Part shown: in pieces, positions 28,246 to 37,490 of the stretch
How positions within the stretch are numbered: position 1 is the stretch's first letter
Layout of the letters: each line of letters begins with the position of its first letter
IMG/VR virus record: IMGVR_UViG_3300020128_000040
Direction: 5' to 3' (one strand)
Origin: a virus
Taxonomy: Duplodnaviria; Heunggongvirae; Uroviricota; Caudoviricetes; Herelleviridae
DNA length: 64,000 bases
Translations under genes and position numbers: made by a program
Notes under the pieces: generated by a model
Databases searched by the model: none
The model's input: only the letters and a program-made list of their open reading frames with translations
Told to the model about the DNA's origin: nothing

Positions 28246-28875
28246 TCAGCGCGTGAACGCCGCTACGACGTCCTCGGGGAACGTCACGTAGCACCGGTCG
28301 AAGCCGGTGATCTGGTCGAAGAGCAGCCGCAGCGCCTGGTCGTAGGGGATGCCCCTGCTCATCAGGTACCACAGCCGCTCGGGGTTGACGGGCGGCTCGC
28401 CGGACAGCGAGGTGATCGTCGAGTCGGGGTCGCAGGCCAGTGACACGGGGTCGCTGGCCATTACGTACTCGTGCGGCCACAGCCCGAGGTCACCACCGGG
28501 GGTGGAGATGACGGCCTGCTCGGCGCGCAGCCGGACCGACCGCCTGCGGCCGTCGAGCTTCAGGTGCGCGGTGATGGACCGGGAGCCGGCCTGCCGGCGG
28601 GCGCGCCACATCGACAACGGGGGCACCCGAAAGCGGTCCTTCAGCTCGGTGTGCGGCTCCCTGGTCACGATGACCCAGGAGCCGTCCTCGGCGACCCTCT
28701 TGCCCACGGTCTCGGGCAGGTAGCGCTCCAGCTCCTGGAAGGAGTGGAGGCGTTCGTAGATGGTCTGCCCGTCCTCGTCCAGCGCGGCCGCGGCCCGCAG
28801 GGCGGCCTGGTCGGCCAGCCACTGAGGGTTCACGACGGTGCGCTCGACGTCCAGGTACTTGCGCGGGTCAGACAC
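28246..28875 (-). CDS. hypothetical protein with a SufB/SufD-like C-terminal motif
   Basis: GTG start overlapping the upstream stop; C-terminus PPVNPERLWYLMSRGIPYDQALRLL. Confidence 0.65.
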   Translation of the reverse strand: MSDPRKYLDVERTVVNPQWLADQAALRAAAALDEDGQTIYERLHSFQELERYLPETVGKRVAEDGSWVIVTREPHTELKDRFRVPPLSMWRARRQAGSRSITAHLKLDGRRRSVRLRAEQAVISTPGGDLGLWPHEYVMASDPVSLACDPDSTITSLSGEPPVNPERLWYLMSRGIPYDQALRLLFDQITGFDRCYVTFPEDVVAAFTR

Positions 28876-29614
28876 GGTCGACGCCCTCCGCCTCCCAGCC
28901 GGCCAGCGACGAGGGCACGGCCGAGGCGTCGATCGAGGAGTCGTCGCCCGGGGGCACGACCTCCTCCAGCCCCAGCGGGTCGTCCCGCAGTGCCTGGTCG
29001 ACGTGGTCGGACACGTAGGCGTCGAGGCAGTCCTCCTGGCACAGAGTGTCGATGAAGAAGCTCGACTCCAGCGCCCACTGCGCGGCGGCGCCATCGGGGT
29101 AGCGCACAGCGAGGCTGGGGCCGTGCTGGCGCTCGATGATGACGTAGGCGTACGGGACGACGGTCATGGGCACCGCGGACAGCGCCTTGAGCGCGTCGTC
29201 GACGGCGTCCTCCCGCACCAGGTCCAGCAGGGCCTCCAGGGCCTTCTGGTCGCCGGACTTGCTGGCGGCCTTCAGCGAGGCCACCGACACCACGGGGTTC
29301 CCGTCGGAGAAGCACTGACCGGTGTGCAGGCGCGAGGCCTCGGGGTCGGCCAGGAGCGAGGTCACCCGCATCCCCGGGAACTCGTATTTGGGGTCCTCCC
29401 AGCCTTCAAAGGAGCACAGGTGCGCCAGCTCGTGGGCCAGCTCGTCGGCGAGCGTCCCGAGGCGGGCCTCCTCCACGGTGTATTGCTCGTCCAGCTTGAG
29501 GACCTTGTCGTCCTCGGCGGCGAAGCCGGCCTCCTTGAGCAGCGCCAGCACCTGGGCGGCGTCCTTGCGGGCGCACTCCAGGATCGTCAGCTGCATGTAC
29601 GTGCGGTCGCTCAT
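28868..29614 (-). CDS. hypothetical protein
   Basis: 248 aa, GC3-rich, ATGA overlap. Confidence 0.7.
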   Translation of the reverse strand: MSDRTYMQLTILECARKDAAQVLALLKEAGFAAEDDKVLKLDEQYTVEEARLGTLADELAHELAHLCSFEGWEDPKYEFPGMRVTSLLADPEASRLHTGQCFSDGNPVVSVASLKAASKSGDQKALEALLDLVREDAVDDALKALSAVPMTVVPYAYVIIERQHGPSLAVRYPDGAAAQWALESSFFIDTLCQEDCLDAYVSDHVDQALRDDPLGLEEVVPPGDDSSIDASAVPSSLAGWEAEGVDRV

Positions 29615-29769
29615 GGCAGGTCCTCGCCTTCGTCGTCGTCCTCCGCCTGGTCCGCCAGGTAGAGCTCGTAGTCGTCGCAGTCCCAGCCGTGCGAGGAGCA
29701 GAAGCCCTCATCGTCCACGACCGCCGACTGCAGCACCGGGCAGCGGTCGCTGCTGTGCCTCTTGCTCAT
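29611..29769 (-). CDS. small acidic Cys/His protein
   Basis: CPV...FCSSHGWDC, 52 aa, GAAGGAGG RBS. Confidence 0.55.
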   Translation of the reverse strand: MSKRHSSDRCPVLQSAVVDDEGFCSSHGWDCDDYELYLADQAEDDDEGEDLP

Positions 29770-29836
29770 GGCCTCTCGGCCTCCTTCCTTGTCCTCATTT
29801 GGCGCCCCGGGCGCCAGGGCCCGGGGCTCGAAGCGG

Positions 29837-31132
29837 TCACCCGGCGGAGCCGGGCGGCCCCAGGGCGGCGATGGCGGCGAGCCTCTCGGAGACCCGCTGC
29901 TCGAAGCCGTTGCCCGTGGGGCGGTAGTAGCCGCCCCTGGCGCCCTGCGGCAGGTAGTCCTGCGCGACGACCCCATGGGGGAAGTCGTGCGGGAACAGGT
30001 AGCCCTGCCCGTGGCCGAGGGCCTTGGCCCCCGGGTAGTGCGAGTCGCGCAGGTGCTTGGGCACCTCGCCAGTCCTGCCGGCGCGCACGTCGGCCAGGGC
30101 GCTGTCGATGCCCCGGATGACGGCCGGGCTCTTGGGAGCGGTAGCCACCGCGACCACGGCCTGGGCGAGGTTGATCCTCGCCTCGGGCATGCCGATCAGC
30201 TGCACCGCCTGGGCGGCGGCCACAGCGACGGGCAGCACCGAGGGGTCGGCCATGCCGACGTCCTCCGAGGCGTGCACCACGATGCGCCGGGCGATGAACC
30301 TGGGGTCCTCGCCCGCCTCGATCATCCTGGCGAGCCAGTGCAGGGCCGCGTCGGGGTCGGAGCCCCGCATCGACTTGATGAACGCGGAGATCACGTCGTA
30401 GTGCTGGTCGCCGTCACGGTCGTACCGCGCGATGGCGCGGGGAGCGACTCTCTCGACCAGCTCGAGGTCGACGTTCTGCAGGCCCTCGGCCATGGCGGCC
30501 GAGGCGACGGCCTCCATCAGCGTCAACGCCTGTCGGGCGTCGCCCGAGGCGCTGCGGGCCATGGCGGCCACGGCCTCCATGTCGAAGCCGACGGCGTCGT
30601 TCAAGCCCCTCTCGGAGTCGAGGGCCGTCATCATCAGGGCGACGAGGTCCTCCTCGCTGAGGGGGCTCAGGGTCAAGAGCACCGAGCGGGACATGAGCGC
30701 CGAGTTGACGCTGAAGCTCGGGTTCTCGGTGGTGGCCCCGATCAGGGACACGGTGCCCGCCTCCACTGCCGGGAGCAGGATGTCCTGCTGGGCCTTGGAG
30801 AAGCGGTGGATCTCGTCGATGAACAGCACGGTGCGCTCCCCGGAGCCGTCCAGCAGCGCCTGGGCGGCGGTGATCGCCTGGCGGACCTCCTTGACGCCGG
30901 CCGCGGTCGCGGAGAGCTCCACGAACCGCTGGTCGGTCTCGGCAGCGATCGCCTGGGCGATCGAGGTCTTGCCCGTGCCGGGAGGCCCCCACAGCAGCAC
31001 GGACACCGCGCTGGTGGAGGCGGCGAGGCCCCGCAGGGGGCTGCCGGCGCCGAGCAGGTGACCCTGCCCGACGACCTCGTCGAGGCTGGTCGGGCGCATG
31101 CGCGCCGCCAGCGGCTGGTTGCTTGCGGACAT
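29837..31132 (-). CDS. rarA: replication-associated recombination protein A (MgsA/RarA)
   Basis: PLAARMRP, GQGHLL, WGPPGTGKT, FIDEIHRFSKAQQD, GATTENPSF, GDAR, HYDVISAFIKSMRGSDPDAA, SEDVG, VPKHLRD. Confidence 0.96.
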   Translation of the reverse strand: MSASNQPLAARMRPTSLDEVVGQGHLLGAGSPLRGLAASTSAVSVLLWGPPGTGKTSIAQAIAAETDQRFVELSATAAGVKEVRQAITAAQALLDGSGERTVLFIDEIHRFSKAQQDILLPAVEAGTVSLIGATTENPSFSVNSALMSRSVLLTLSPLSEEDLVALMMTALDSERGLNDAVGFDMEAVAAMARSASGDARQALTLMEAVASAAMAEGLQNVDLELVERVAPRAIARYDRDGDQHYDVISAFIKSMRGSDPDAALHWLARMIEAGEDPRFIARRIVVHASEDVGMADPSVLPVAVAAAQAVQLIGMPEARINLAQAVVAVATAPKSPAVIRGIDSALADVRAGRTGEVPKHLRDSHYPGAKALGHGQGYLFPHDFPHGVVAQDYLPQGARGGYYRPTGNGFEQRVSERLAAIAALGPPGSAG

Positions 31133-31764
31133 CAGTCCTCCTTCGGTCGGCGCATCTGTGCGGCAGCGGCGCGGAGCGCTGCGACCAGCTCCTCCGGGTC
31201 CTCCACCAGCCGCTGGTCCTCGTGCCTGGGGTGCAGGTAGACGCCGGGCGAGGCGGAGGTGGTGTCGGCCACGACGGAGCCGTGGCCGGTCGTCCAGCGG
31301 GCGAGGCCGGGGGTCTCGAAGGCAGGCTTGGGCAGCGATGCCGGCGCCAGCGCGTCATAGGCCGCGAGGACCCTCTCGTCCTCACCGTCGCCGTCGCCGA
31401 CGAAGCCCCGCAGGGCCTCCTTCACGATCCCGGCGGGGTCGTGCGGCCACGCCGCGAAGCGGGGCTCCAGCTGGGGCCGGTACAGGGCGTAGAGGCCGAC
31501 CTGGTGGTCGATGACGAGCACGTAGTCGAGGCCGCCGAAGGCGACCTCGTGGACCTGGTGCGGCAGGGCGTCCACCTCGCTGCGCAGGCGCGCGCTGCCG
31601 TACTCGGCGGAGTCGCGGTCGACCTCGTCGCCGGTGTCCCAGCGGGCGAGGTGCTCCACGACGGCGGAGGTGGAGCCGCCCATGGCCTCAGCGGCCGCGA
31701 CGGCCGCGTCGTAGTCAGGCCCCTGGAGGGACACGACCAGGGTCAGCAGCGGGTTGGCGCTCAT
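31132..31764 (-). CDS. hypothetical protein
   Basis: 210 aa, coupled on both sides. Confidence 0.7.
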   Translation of the reverse strand: MSANPLLTLVVSLQGPDYDAAVAAAEAMGGSTSAVVEHLARWDTGDEVDRDSAEYGSARLRSEVDALPHQVHEVAFGGLDYVLVIDHQVGLYALYRPQLEPRFAAWPHDPAGIVKEALRGFVGDGDGEDERVLAAYDALAPASLPKPAFETPGLARWTTGHGSVVADTTSASPGVYLHPRHEDQRLVEDPEELVAALRAAAAQMRRPKED

Positions 31765-32003
31765 GGGGCCCCCTCGATCTGGACGTCCTCGTCGTGCAGC
31801 TCCACGACCAGCACGTGCCGGCCGTCGCGCCGCTCCACGCGCACGGTGGCGAGCGTGGAGCCGGAGTCGTCGTCGAAGTCGACGCGCCCGTAGTCGTCAG
31901 GCCGGGCCTGGCGGGAGCCGTCGGACCCGGCGGAGCCGTCAGGGTTCACCCAGGGGTGGGGCTCGGCCCGCTCCCCGGTGTCGTACGGCGTCAGGTCGCT
32001 CAT
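31761..32003 (-). CDS. hypothetical protein
   Basis: AAGGAGG RBS, 80 aa, ATGA overlaps. Confidence 0.65.
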   Translation of the reverse strand: MSDLTPYDTGERAEPHPWVNPDGSAGSDGSRQARPDDYGRVDFDDDSGSTLATVRVERRDGRHVLVVELHDEDVQIEGAP

Positions 32004-32467
32004 GCGAGGCCCTCCTTGGTGATGGCGCGGTACCAGCGCTTGGCGTCGTCGTAGTCGACCCCGCAGGCGCGCTCGACGGCGCGCACGGGGAAGCCGCCCA
32101 CCAGGCGCTCCAGGCGGACCACCAGGGCGGCGGACGCCAGGTCCTGGGGGCCAGGGGCGGAGGCCCGCTTCTCGGACACGGCCCGGGCGGGCTTGCCCGA
32201 CGCCCACGCCTTCACGGCGCGGTCGGCGAGCAGGTCGGGGTTGGCCTCTGCGAGCGGGGCCCGCAGGAGCCCCGCGAGGGACCGGCGCACCGCGACGCGG
32301 CGCAGGTCCGAGCTGCGCACCTGGCCGAACGGGTGCTCCACGCTGATCGAGGCGGCGACGTAGCGCCCCTCGTCGGGCTTGTAGGCGGCCGTGATGGACA
32401 CGGTCGGGTCCTGCACGGAGCCGGGACGGCTCACGGCCAGAAGGGCCGGGGTCTCGATGCGGGTCAT
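32000..32467 (-). CDS. putative DNA-binding protein with C-terminal HTH
   Basis: C-terminal GGFPVRAVERACGVDYDDAKRWY has an HTH-like pattern. Confidence 0.55.
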   Translation of the reverse strand: MTRIETPALLAVSRPGSVQDPTVSITAAYKPDEGRYVAASISVEHPFGQVRSSDLRRVAVRRSLAGLLRAPLAEANPDLLADRAVKAWASGKPARAVSEKRASAPGPQDLASAALVVRLERLVGGFPVRAVERACGVDYDDAKRWYRAITKEGLA

Positions 32468-32658
32468 GGTCCCTCCTCAGGGTGCTCGGACAGGTCCACC
32501 GTGACGGTGGCGCCGGTCTGGGGGTCGGTGACCTCGAAGACGCAGGCGTCGTCCGGGCCGGGCTCCCCACGGTTGAAGTTCTCGCGCCACACTCGGCGCG
32601 CGGCCTCTACGGGGTCGGACTCGTCGGAGTCGATCTCCCACTTCACTATCTGGGCCAT
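32464..32658 (-). CDS. hypothetical protein (actinophage-like)
   Basis: WEIDSD...AARRVW...VFEVTD, 64 aa, GAGAGGAGG RBS. Confidence 0.65.
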   Translation of the reverse strand: MAQIVKWEIDSDESDPVEAARRVWRENFNRGEPGPDDACVFEVTDPQTGATVTVDLSEHPEEGP

Positions 32659-32688
32659 CGCTGGCCTCCTCTCTCGTCGTGGCGCGCC

Positions 32689-32913
32689 TCAGGCGGCCTT
32701 GCGGCCCTGCCGGAGCATCGCCTTGCGCTCATTCGGTGTGGTGCCGCCCCACACGCCGTGCTGCTCGTTGTTCTTCAGGGCGTACGCTAGGCACTCCTCG
32801 ATCACGTCGCAGCCGCGGCACAGGGTCTTGGCGGTCTTGGCTTCCTCGGTGGTCTCCGGGAAGAACAGGTGCGGGTCGACGCTCGGGCACAGGGCCTCCT
32901 CCTGCCAGCTCAT
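32689..32913 (-). CDS. whiB: WhiB-family Fe-S transcription regulator
   Basis: W...ALC...DP.LFFP, AK..CRGC.V..ECL.YAL, GVWGG.T..ER: all four Cys present. Confidence 0.97.
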   Translation of the reverse strand: MSWQEEALCPSVDPHLFFPETTEEAKTAKTLCRGCDVIEECLAYALKNNEQHGVWGGTTPNERKAMLRQGRKAA

Positions 32914-33779
32914 GAGGCCCGCCTCGCGAGCTTCTCGAGCTCCAGCACGCGGGACGCGTCTGGGACCACAGGAGGCCCCACGTCGGCCCAGGAGGCCGTC
33001 AGCGGGGGCAGCGGTGGCGGCAGCATCGGGTCGTCGTTCGGCACGGCCTTGAGGGCGACGCCGGCGGTGGACCAGTCCTCGTGCATGGTCGAGGCGTTCA
33101 GCATCCCCTCGGGGCTGTAGCCGTTCTTCACGGCGCGCTTGAGGCGGTCGCCCGACAGGGCCTTGGCCATGAGCGAGCGCAGCCGCTTGCGGGCGGGCAC
33201 GAGCTCGTCCAGCGCGCCCTCGGGGATGTCGTCCAGCAGCAGGCCGGTGGTGAACGTCTCCTCCAGGGAGTTGCCCAGCTGCCACGTCGGTAGGTCGCCG
33301 AAGGTGCCCTCCGGGCTCTCCAGGGAGCACCAGGCGTCGCGCACGGCGTCCCACTCCTCGTCGGTTAGCTCGTCGGGGTGGTCGGTGTTGTCCCAGTAGC
33401 CGTACTCGGCGAACAGGCCGGTCGCCATCAGGGCCTCCTTGTAGGCGCCCCGGGCGGCGTAGGGGTATGCCAGCAGGTCGCCGGAGGCCGCCCTGCCGAA
33501 GACGATGGAGAACCTCAGCGGGTCGTTCAGCGTGTGGTGGGAGCCATAGGCCCTCTGGTGCTCCAGCCACTTCTCCTGGGCTGTGAAGAACACCATGCTG
33601 TTGTCCTTGACGCCCTCGGGGCGCCCGGCGTCCACGACCGAGGCGAACTGCTCGGCCACGATGGCCAGCCTCAGCCGGTGGAACACCGGCCGGATCGCCC
33701 GCGCCACTTGTGGGACGACCTTTGTGAGGTCGGCCTGGGGGTCGACGAGCCGCAGCCCGTCGTAGAGCTTGGTCGACAT
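32910..33779 (-). CDS. hypothetical protein
   Basis: Start MSTKLYDG after a GAGAGGAG RBS; 289 aa; ATGA overlap with whiB. Confidence 0.72.
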   Translation of the reverse strand: MSTKLYDGLRLVDPQADLTKVVPQVARAIRPVFHRLRLAIVAEQFASVVDAGRPEGVKDNSMVFFTAQEKWLEHQRAYGSHHTLNDPLRFSIVFGRAASGDLLAYPYAARGAYKEALMATGLFAEYGYWDNTDHPDELTDEEWDAVRDAWCSLESPEGTFGDLPTWQLGNSLEETFTTGLLLDDIPEGALDELVPARKRLRSLMAKALSGDRLKRAVKNGYSPEGMLNASTMHEDWSTAGVALKAVPNDDPMLPPPLPPLTASWADVGPPVVPDASRVLELEKLARRAS

Positions 33780-33977
33780 GGCGACAGCTCCTCTCTGCAT
33801 TTGGTCCTTGGTCTTGCTCTGTCTCGTCATCAGCGAGTCGACTGCGCATCCATGGGGTCAGGCTCAGCTCTCACACCTGCCCGAACCCGCCGCTAGGCGG
33901 GTGCAGGGGGAGGCTTGCACAGAAGAGAGAAGCCCCCGCCCCTTGGGAGGGACGAGGGCTGTCTCGGTGGGTGCTCG

Positions 33978-35165
33978 TTACGGGGTGGTCCACTGACCGC
34001 CGCGGCAGACGGCCACCAGGTGTTGGTTACCGCCCACGTTGGTGTAGCGCTCCTTGCCCTCAGGGCTGCAGGAGTAGTCAGGGGCACCCCCGCCTCCTCC
34101 GTTACCCGAGCCGGAGCCGCTACCGCTCCCGCTGCCTGAACCAGAGCCGGAGCCTGATCCACTGCCGCTCCCACTACCGGAGCCTGAGCCGGAGCCGCTT
34201 CCCGACCCGCTGCCAGAGCCCGAGCCGCTACCGCTGCCCTTGCCCGAACCAGAGCCGGAGCCCTTGCCGCTGTTGCTGCTGCCGCTGCCCTTGTTGCCGC
34301 TGGAGCCGGAGCCGTTGCCCTGGTTCTTGCGGGCCTCGGCGGCCTTGCGGTCGGCCTCGGCCTTCTCAGCGGCAGCCTTCTCAGCGGCGACGCGCTCGTC
34401 GAACGCGGTCTTCGCGGAGTCGACGGCGGCCTTGGCCTCGTCGATCGCGGTCTTGGCTGCGCCGACCTCTGCGGTGGCAGTGTCGAGAGCCTCGACCTCG
34501 TCGCGGGTGGCAGCGGCCGCGTCGGTGGTGACGGCTGCGTCCAGCGCTGCTCGCAGCGCCTCCAGCTTGCCGTCGTCCTCAGCGGACCCAGCGAAGCCCT
34601 CGGCGGCGTTGGCTGCCTCGTAGGTGGCCTCACCGGCGGACTTGGACTCGTTGTACGCGGTGACTGCCGCGGTGTAGTCAGCGGTCGCTGCTGCGATGAC
34701 GTGCTCGTCCACGGCCTCTGTGACCCCGGCGGCGGTCAGGCCGATGGTGTCGGCGTCCAGGCCGATCTGCACGGTGCGCTTGTCGGTCTCGGTGGCGGCC
34801 TCGTGGCTGTCGCACGCGAGCGCCTCAGCGGCGGGCCCCTCGGCCGCGAGCAGCTCCTCGGCGGACGCGATCAGTGCCGTGCCCTCCTCGGTGTCCGCAT
34901 AGCCGCGGGCCGCCTCGGAGCGGGCGTCGGCGATCTCATCCCTGAGCCGTTGCTCGGCTGCGCCGTAGGACTCGACCGCTGCCGCGTAGGAGATCGACGC
35001 CTCCTGGCAGGCCGCGTCGATCTTGGCCTGGTTGGCTGTGTTTACTGCGAGTGCGGTGCCCCCGGCCAGCGCGAGCGCGGCGACCACGGAGATCGCGACG
35101 ACCGCCGTCTTGCTCAGCCGACGGCGCTTGCCGCCTGTGTTGATGGTGCTGTTCTCGGAGCTCAT
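33978..35165 (-). CDS. membrane-anchored exported protein with Ala-rich helices, a Gly-Ser repeat and a small C-terminal Cys domain
   Basis: KRRRLSK plus a TM helix; [20 protein letters not shown]; a long (GS)n tract; terminal YSCSPEG...VCRGGQW. Confidence 0.85.
   Translation of the reverse strand: MSSENSTINTGGKRRRLSKTAVVAISVVAALALAGGTALAVNTANQAKIDAACQEASISYAAAVESYGAAEQRLRDEIADARSEAARGYADTEEGTALIASAEELLAAEGPAAEALACDSHEAATETDKRTVQIGLDADTIGLTAAGVTEAVDEHVIAAATADYTAAVTAYNESKSAGEATYEAANAAEGFAGSAEDDGKLEALRAALDAAVTTDAAAATRDEVEALDTATAEVGAAKTAIDEAKAAVDSAKTAFDERVAAEKAAAEKAEADRKAAEARKNQGNGSGSSGNKGSGSSNSGKGSGSGSGKGSGSGSGSGSGSGSGSGSGSGSGSGSGSGSGSGSGSGSGSGSGSGNGGGGGAPDYSCSPEGKERYTNVGGNQHLVAVCRGGQWTTP
34090..34320 (-). 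repeat. (Gly-Ser)n low-complexity coding tract
   Basis: About 20 consecutive GS dipeptides encoded with mixed synonymous codons. Confidence 0.9.
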
Positions 35166-35399
35166 GGCTTCCCTCCTTCATGTCGTGGTCGCGCCTGTCG
35201 GCCCTGACCTGTGTGCTCATTATCCCACCTGGGCAGGGCTGCGCCCTTGCGCGGGTGGCAAGTATTGAACGAATCATTACCGTAATGATTTCGTTACCAA
35301 ACCCGGAGGCCGCGACAACGGCCTCCAAGCAACAGACCCTCGCCCCCTCGCCGCTCGCGGCGGAGGGCGTCGATCTCTCCTCCCGGAGGGGGCAGGGCG

Positions 35400-35801
35400 T
35401 CAGCCCACGTGGTTGAAGGCCGGGTGCGCCTGCTCGATGAGGGCCTCGAACCCGGTGTTGGGGTCTGAGCCGGCGGGGACGCTGCGCACGGCCTCGACGA
35501 AGCGGAGCATGCACGACCCGGCGAACCATTCCTCGATGGCCTCCAGGAGCTCGGCATCGTCCATCCGGTCCTGGTCACCGCCCTCGGTGCGGTCCACCAG
35601 CACCGGGTAGCCCAGCTCGCGCATGCGGGCGACCTGCCCGGCGTCCCTCAGGACGTAGATCTTGTGGCACTCGTCCCACGCGGCGCCAGCGGCGCCGTCC
35701 AGGGCAGTTTCGACCTTCTCCCAGGCCTCGTCCCTGGCCGTCTCGAGGACCTCCTCGGGGTCTATCGGCACGGTGGCCGTGTCCTCTGCTCGCTCTGTCA
35801 T
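35400..35801 (-). CDS. hypothetical protein (actinophage-like)
   Basis: WDECHKIYVL...MRELGY...WFAGSCMLRFV; GAGGCGAGAG RBS. Confidence 0.72.
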   Translation of the reverse strand: MTERAEDTATVPIDPEEVLETARDEAWEKVETALDGAAGAAWDECHKIYVLRDAGQVARMRELGYPVLVDRTEGGDQDRMDDAELLEAIEEWFAGSCMLRFVEAVRSVPAGSDPNTGFEALIEQAHPAFNHVG

Positions 35802-35999
35802 GCTCTCGCCTCGCTTCTCGTCGTGTCGGGGATGAGGTCTCCTGGAGACCTCTCCACCCGGCACCCGGACCGGCCGCAAGGCCGGGCTGCTCACCGCCCC
35901 CCGGCGCAGCCGCCGCGCTCGTTCCCGCAGGGGCGGCGGCCGGTGCTGCCGCAGGCGGGCAGGCGACCCGGACGCAGGACGGGGAAGGCTGTGGAAAAC

Positions 36000-36260
36000 C
36001 CGAGCGGGAGGAGACGGAGCGCAGCGACGGCGAGCGCCCCGCGAAGGGCCCGGCCGCGCGGAGGGCGGGGGCACCCTGAGGCAGCCCAACGGGGCTGTCG
36101 CAGGGCAAGGAGCGCAGCGACGCAGTAAGGCCCGACGAGCGCAGCTCGGAGTGGTGAGGAGACGGAGGAGGACCGAGCGCAGCGAGGCCCGGAACCGGCT
36201 CCGAAGGGGGTGTCGGCTATGCCGACCACCGAAGCGGGAAACGACCGAGCGAAGCGAGGG
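36000..36260. repeat. GAGCG(C/A)AGCG cluster, ssi/primosome-assembly-site-like
   Basis: Copies at 36018, 36110, 36137, 36171 and 36241; GAAGCGG at 36231. Confidence 0.55.
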
Positions 36261-36372
36261 TAGTGCCCGCGGAGGTGCCACCCCCCCTTATGCCCTTTCT
36301 GTTTCCCCTGGCTTCCAGAGCGTTAGCGGCGGAAACAGGGGTGGAAGTAGCTGCTGATCAGGTGTAACCGCT

Positions 36373-36550
36373 TCATGACCCCTGGGGTCATGACCCCCCT
36401 CGGCTTGCCGTTGGGGGTCATGAGGCCGAATAGGTTACGCCTGGTGGGGGGCCATCCAGGGGTATGAGGGTGGACGCCGTAGGTGGCACCCCTCATGACC
36501 CCTGTCGCGAAGCGGGTCCCCACGACCGCAGGGAGGGGGTCATGACCCCC
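36373..36550. repeat. TCATGA-centred palindrome array (GGGGTCATGACCCC)
   Basis: Full or half copies at 36373, 36384, 36413, 36493 and 36535. Confidence 0.8.
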
Positions 36551-37252
36551 CTGTTGCGTGCTCGGCAGCAGCTGTGGGAGCGGCCCGCCGCGACCTCCTC
36601 CTGGAGCCTCGTCCTGCCGCTTGGCAGCCCCTGGCCCCGGCTATCAGCCGTGCTGCGCAGCTGCTCCCGGGACGTAGTCGCGGGGGCCCTCCTGGCTTGC
36701 TGCCACTGTGGCCACCACTGTGGCTCCGCGCCCGTTGCGGCCCCTGCCGCGGTCGTCCCCAGGGCCTGGTGGCAGCCTGTGGATAACTGCGCTCCGTCGC
36801 AGGGCTCCGCAGGCGTGCCGGACGTCGCTGATGGATGTAGCCACTGGCCCCTGCGAGCCCCGGCGGCTGTGCTTGTTCTGTCTCGGCCGGGCACCGGCCG
36901 GGCCGCCGCTGGGAACCAGCCAGTGCCACCGTTCAGGGTGGCGAAGGCCGGGCGCAGCCCTTCAGCCTTCCTGGTGAGCTCTTGCCGTACCTTCTTCGGG
37001 CATCGCCCGTTCGCAGGTCCTACCCGTCTGTGCGTCCGCGGCCTCGGACGCGGGCGCGTGGCTCGCTCTGTGGCCTCGGCACCCGCCACCCATACCGCTC
37101 GTTGCCGAAGGCGCCCTGTGTGATAGTCGCTGCTGCGCGAGCAGCGCCTGTGGGCAGTCTGCTGCTGTCACATGATGGCCCTGAAGCAGGGGGCGGGAAC
37201 CGCGCATGCCAATCAAGCCACCTCGTGGCCCGAAGGCCGGATCGTTGGACGG

Positions 37253-37299
37253 CTTCCCCAAGTTCTGGACTCCACGCCCGTTAGACGAACTTGGGGAAG
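37253..37299. repeat. 13-bp perfect inverted repeat
   Basis: CTTCCCCAAGTTC (37253-37265) and GAACTTGGGGAAG (37287-37299). Confidence 0.8.
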
Positions 37300-37490
37300 T
37301 CGGCTCCCTCCGGCTCAGGACTGAGCGGCCTGGTGGAGAGCCCAGCGGGACGAGGATACGACCATAGCGAGCGCAGCGAGACGACGGGAGTATCGGAGGA
37401 GAGCTGGACTCGTCCGTGCGATCACCCGTTGCGGGGCCCGCCCCCGCCCCGTTCCTCGGGCCCGGATAAGGCTCCACGGCCCTGCGGTAG

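Noticed and set aside
36464-37123. Rep gene in the control region (ORFs 36464..37123 + and 36493..37089 -)
   Set aside because: No RBS, poor codon bias, translations dominated by the repeats, and no Rep motif.
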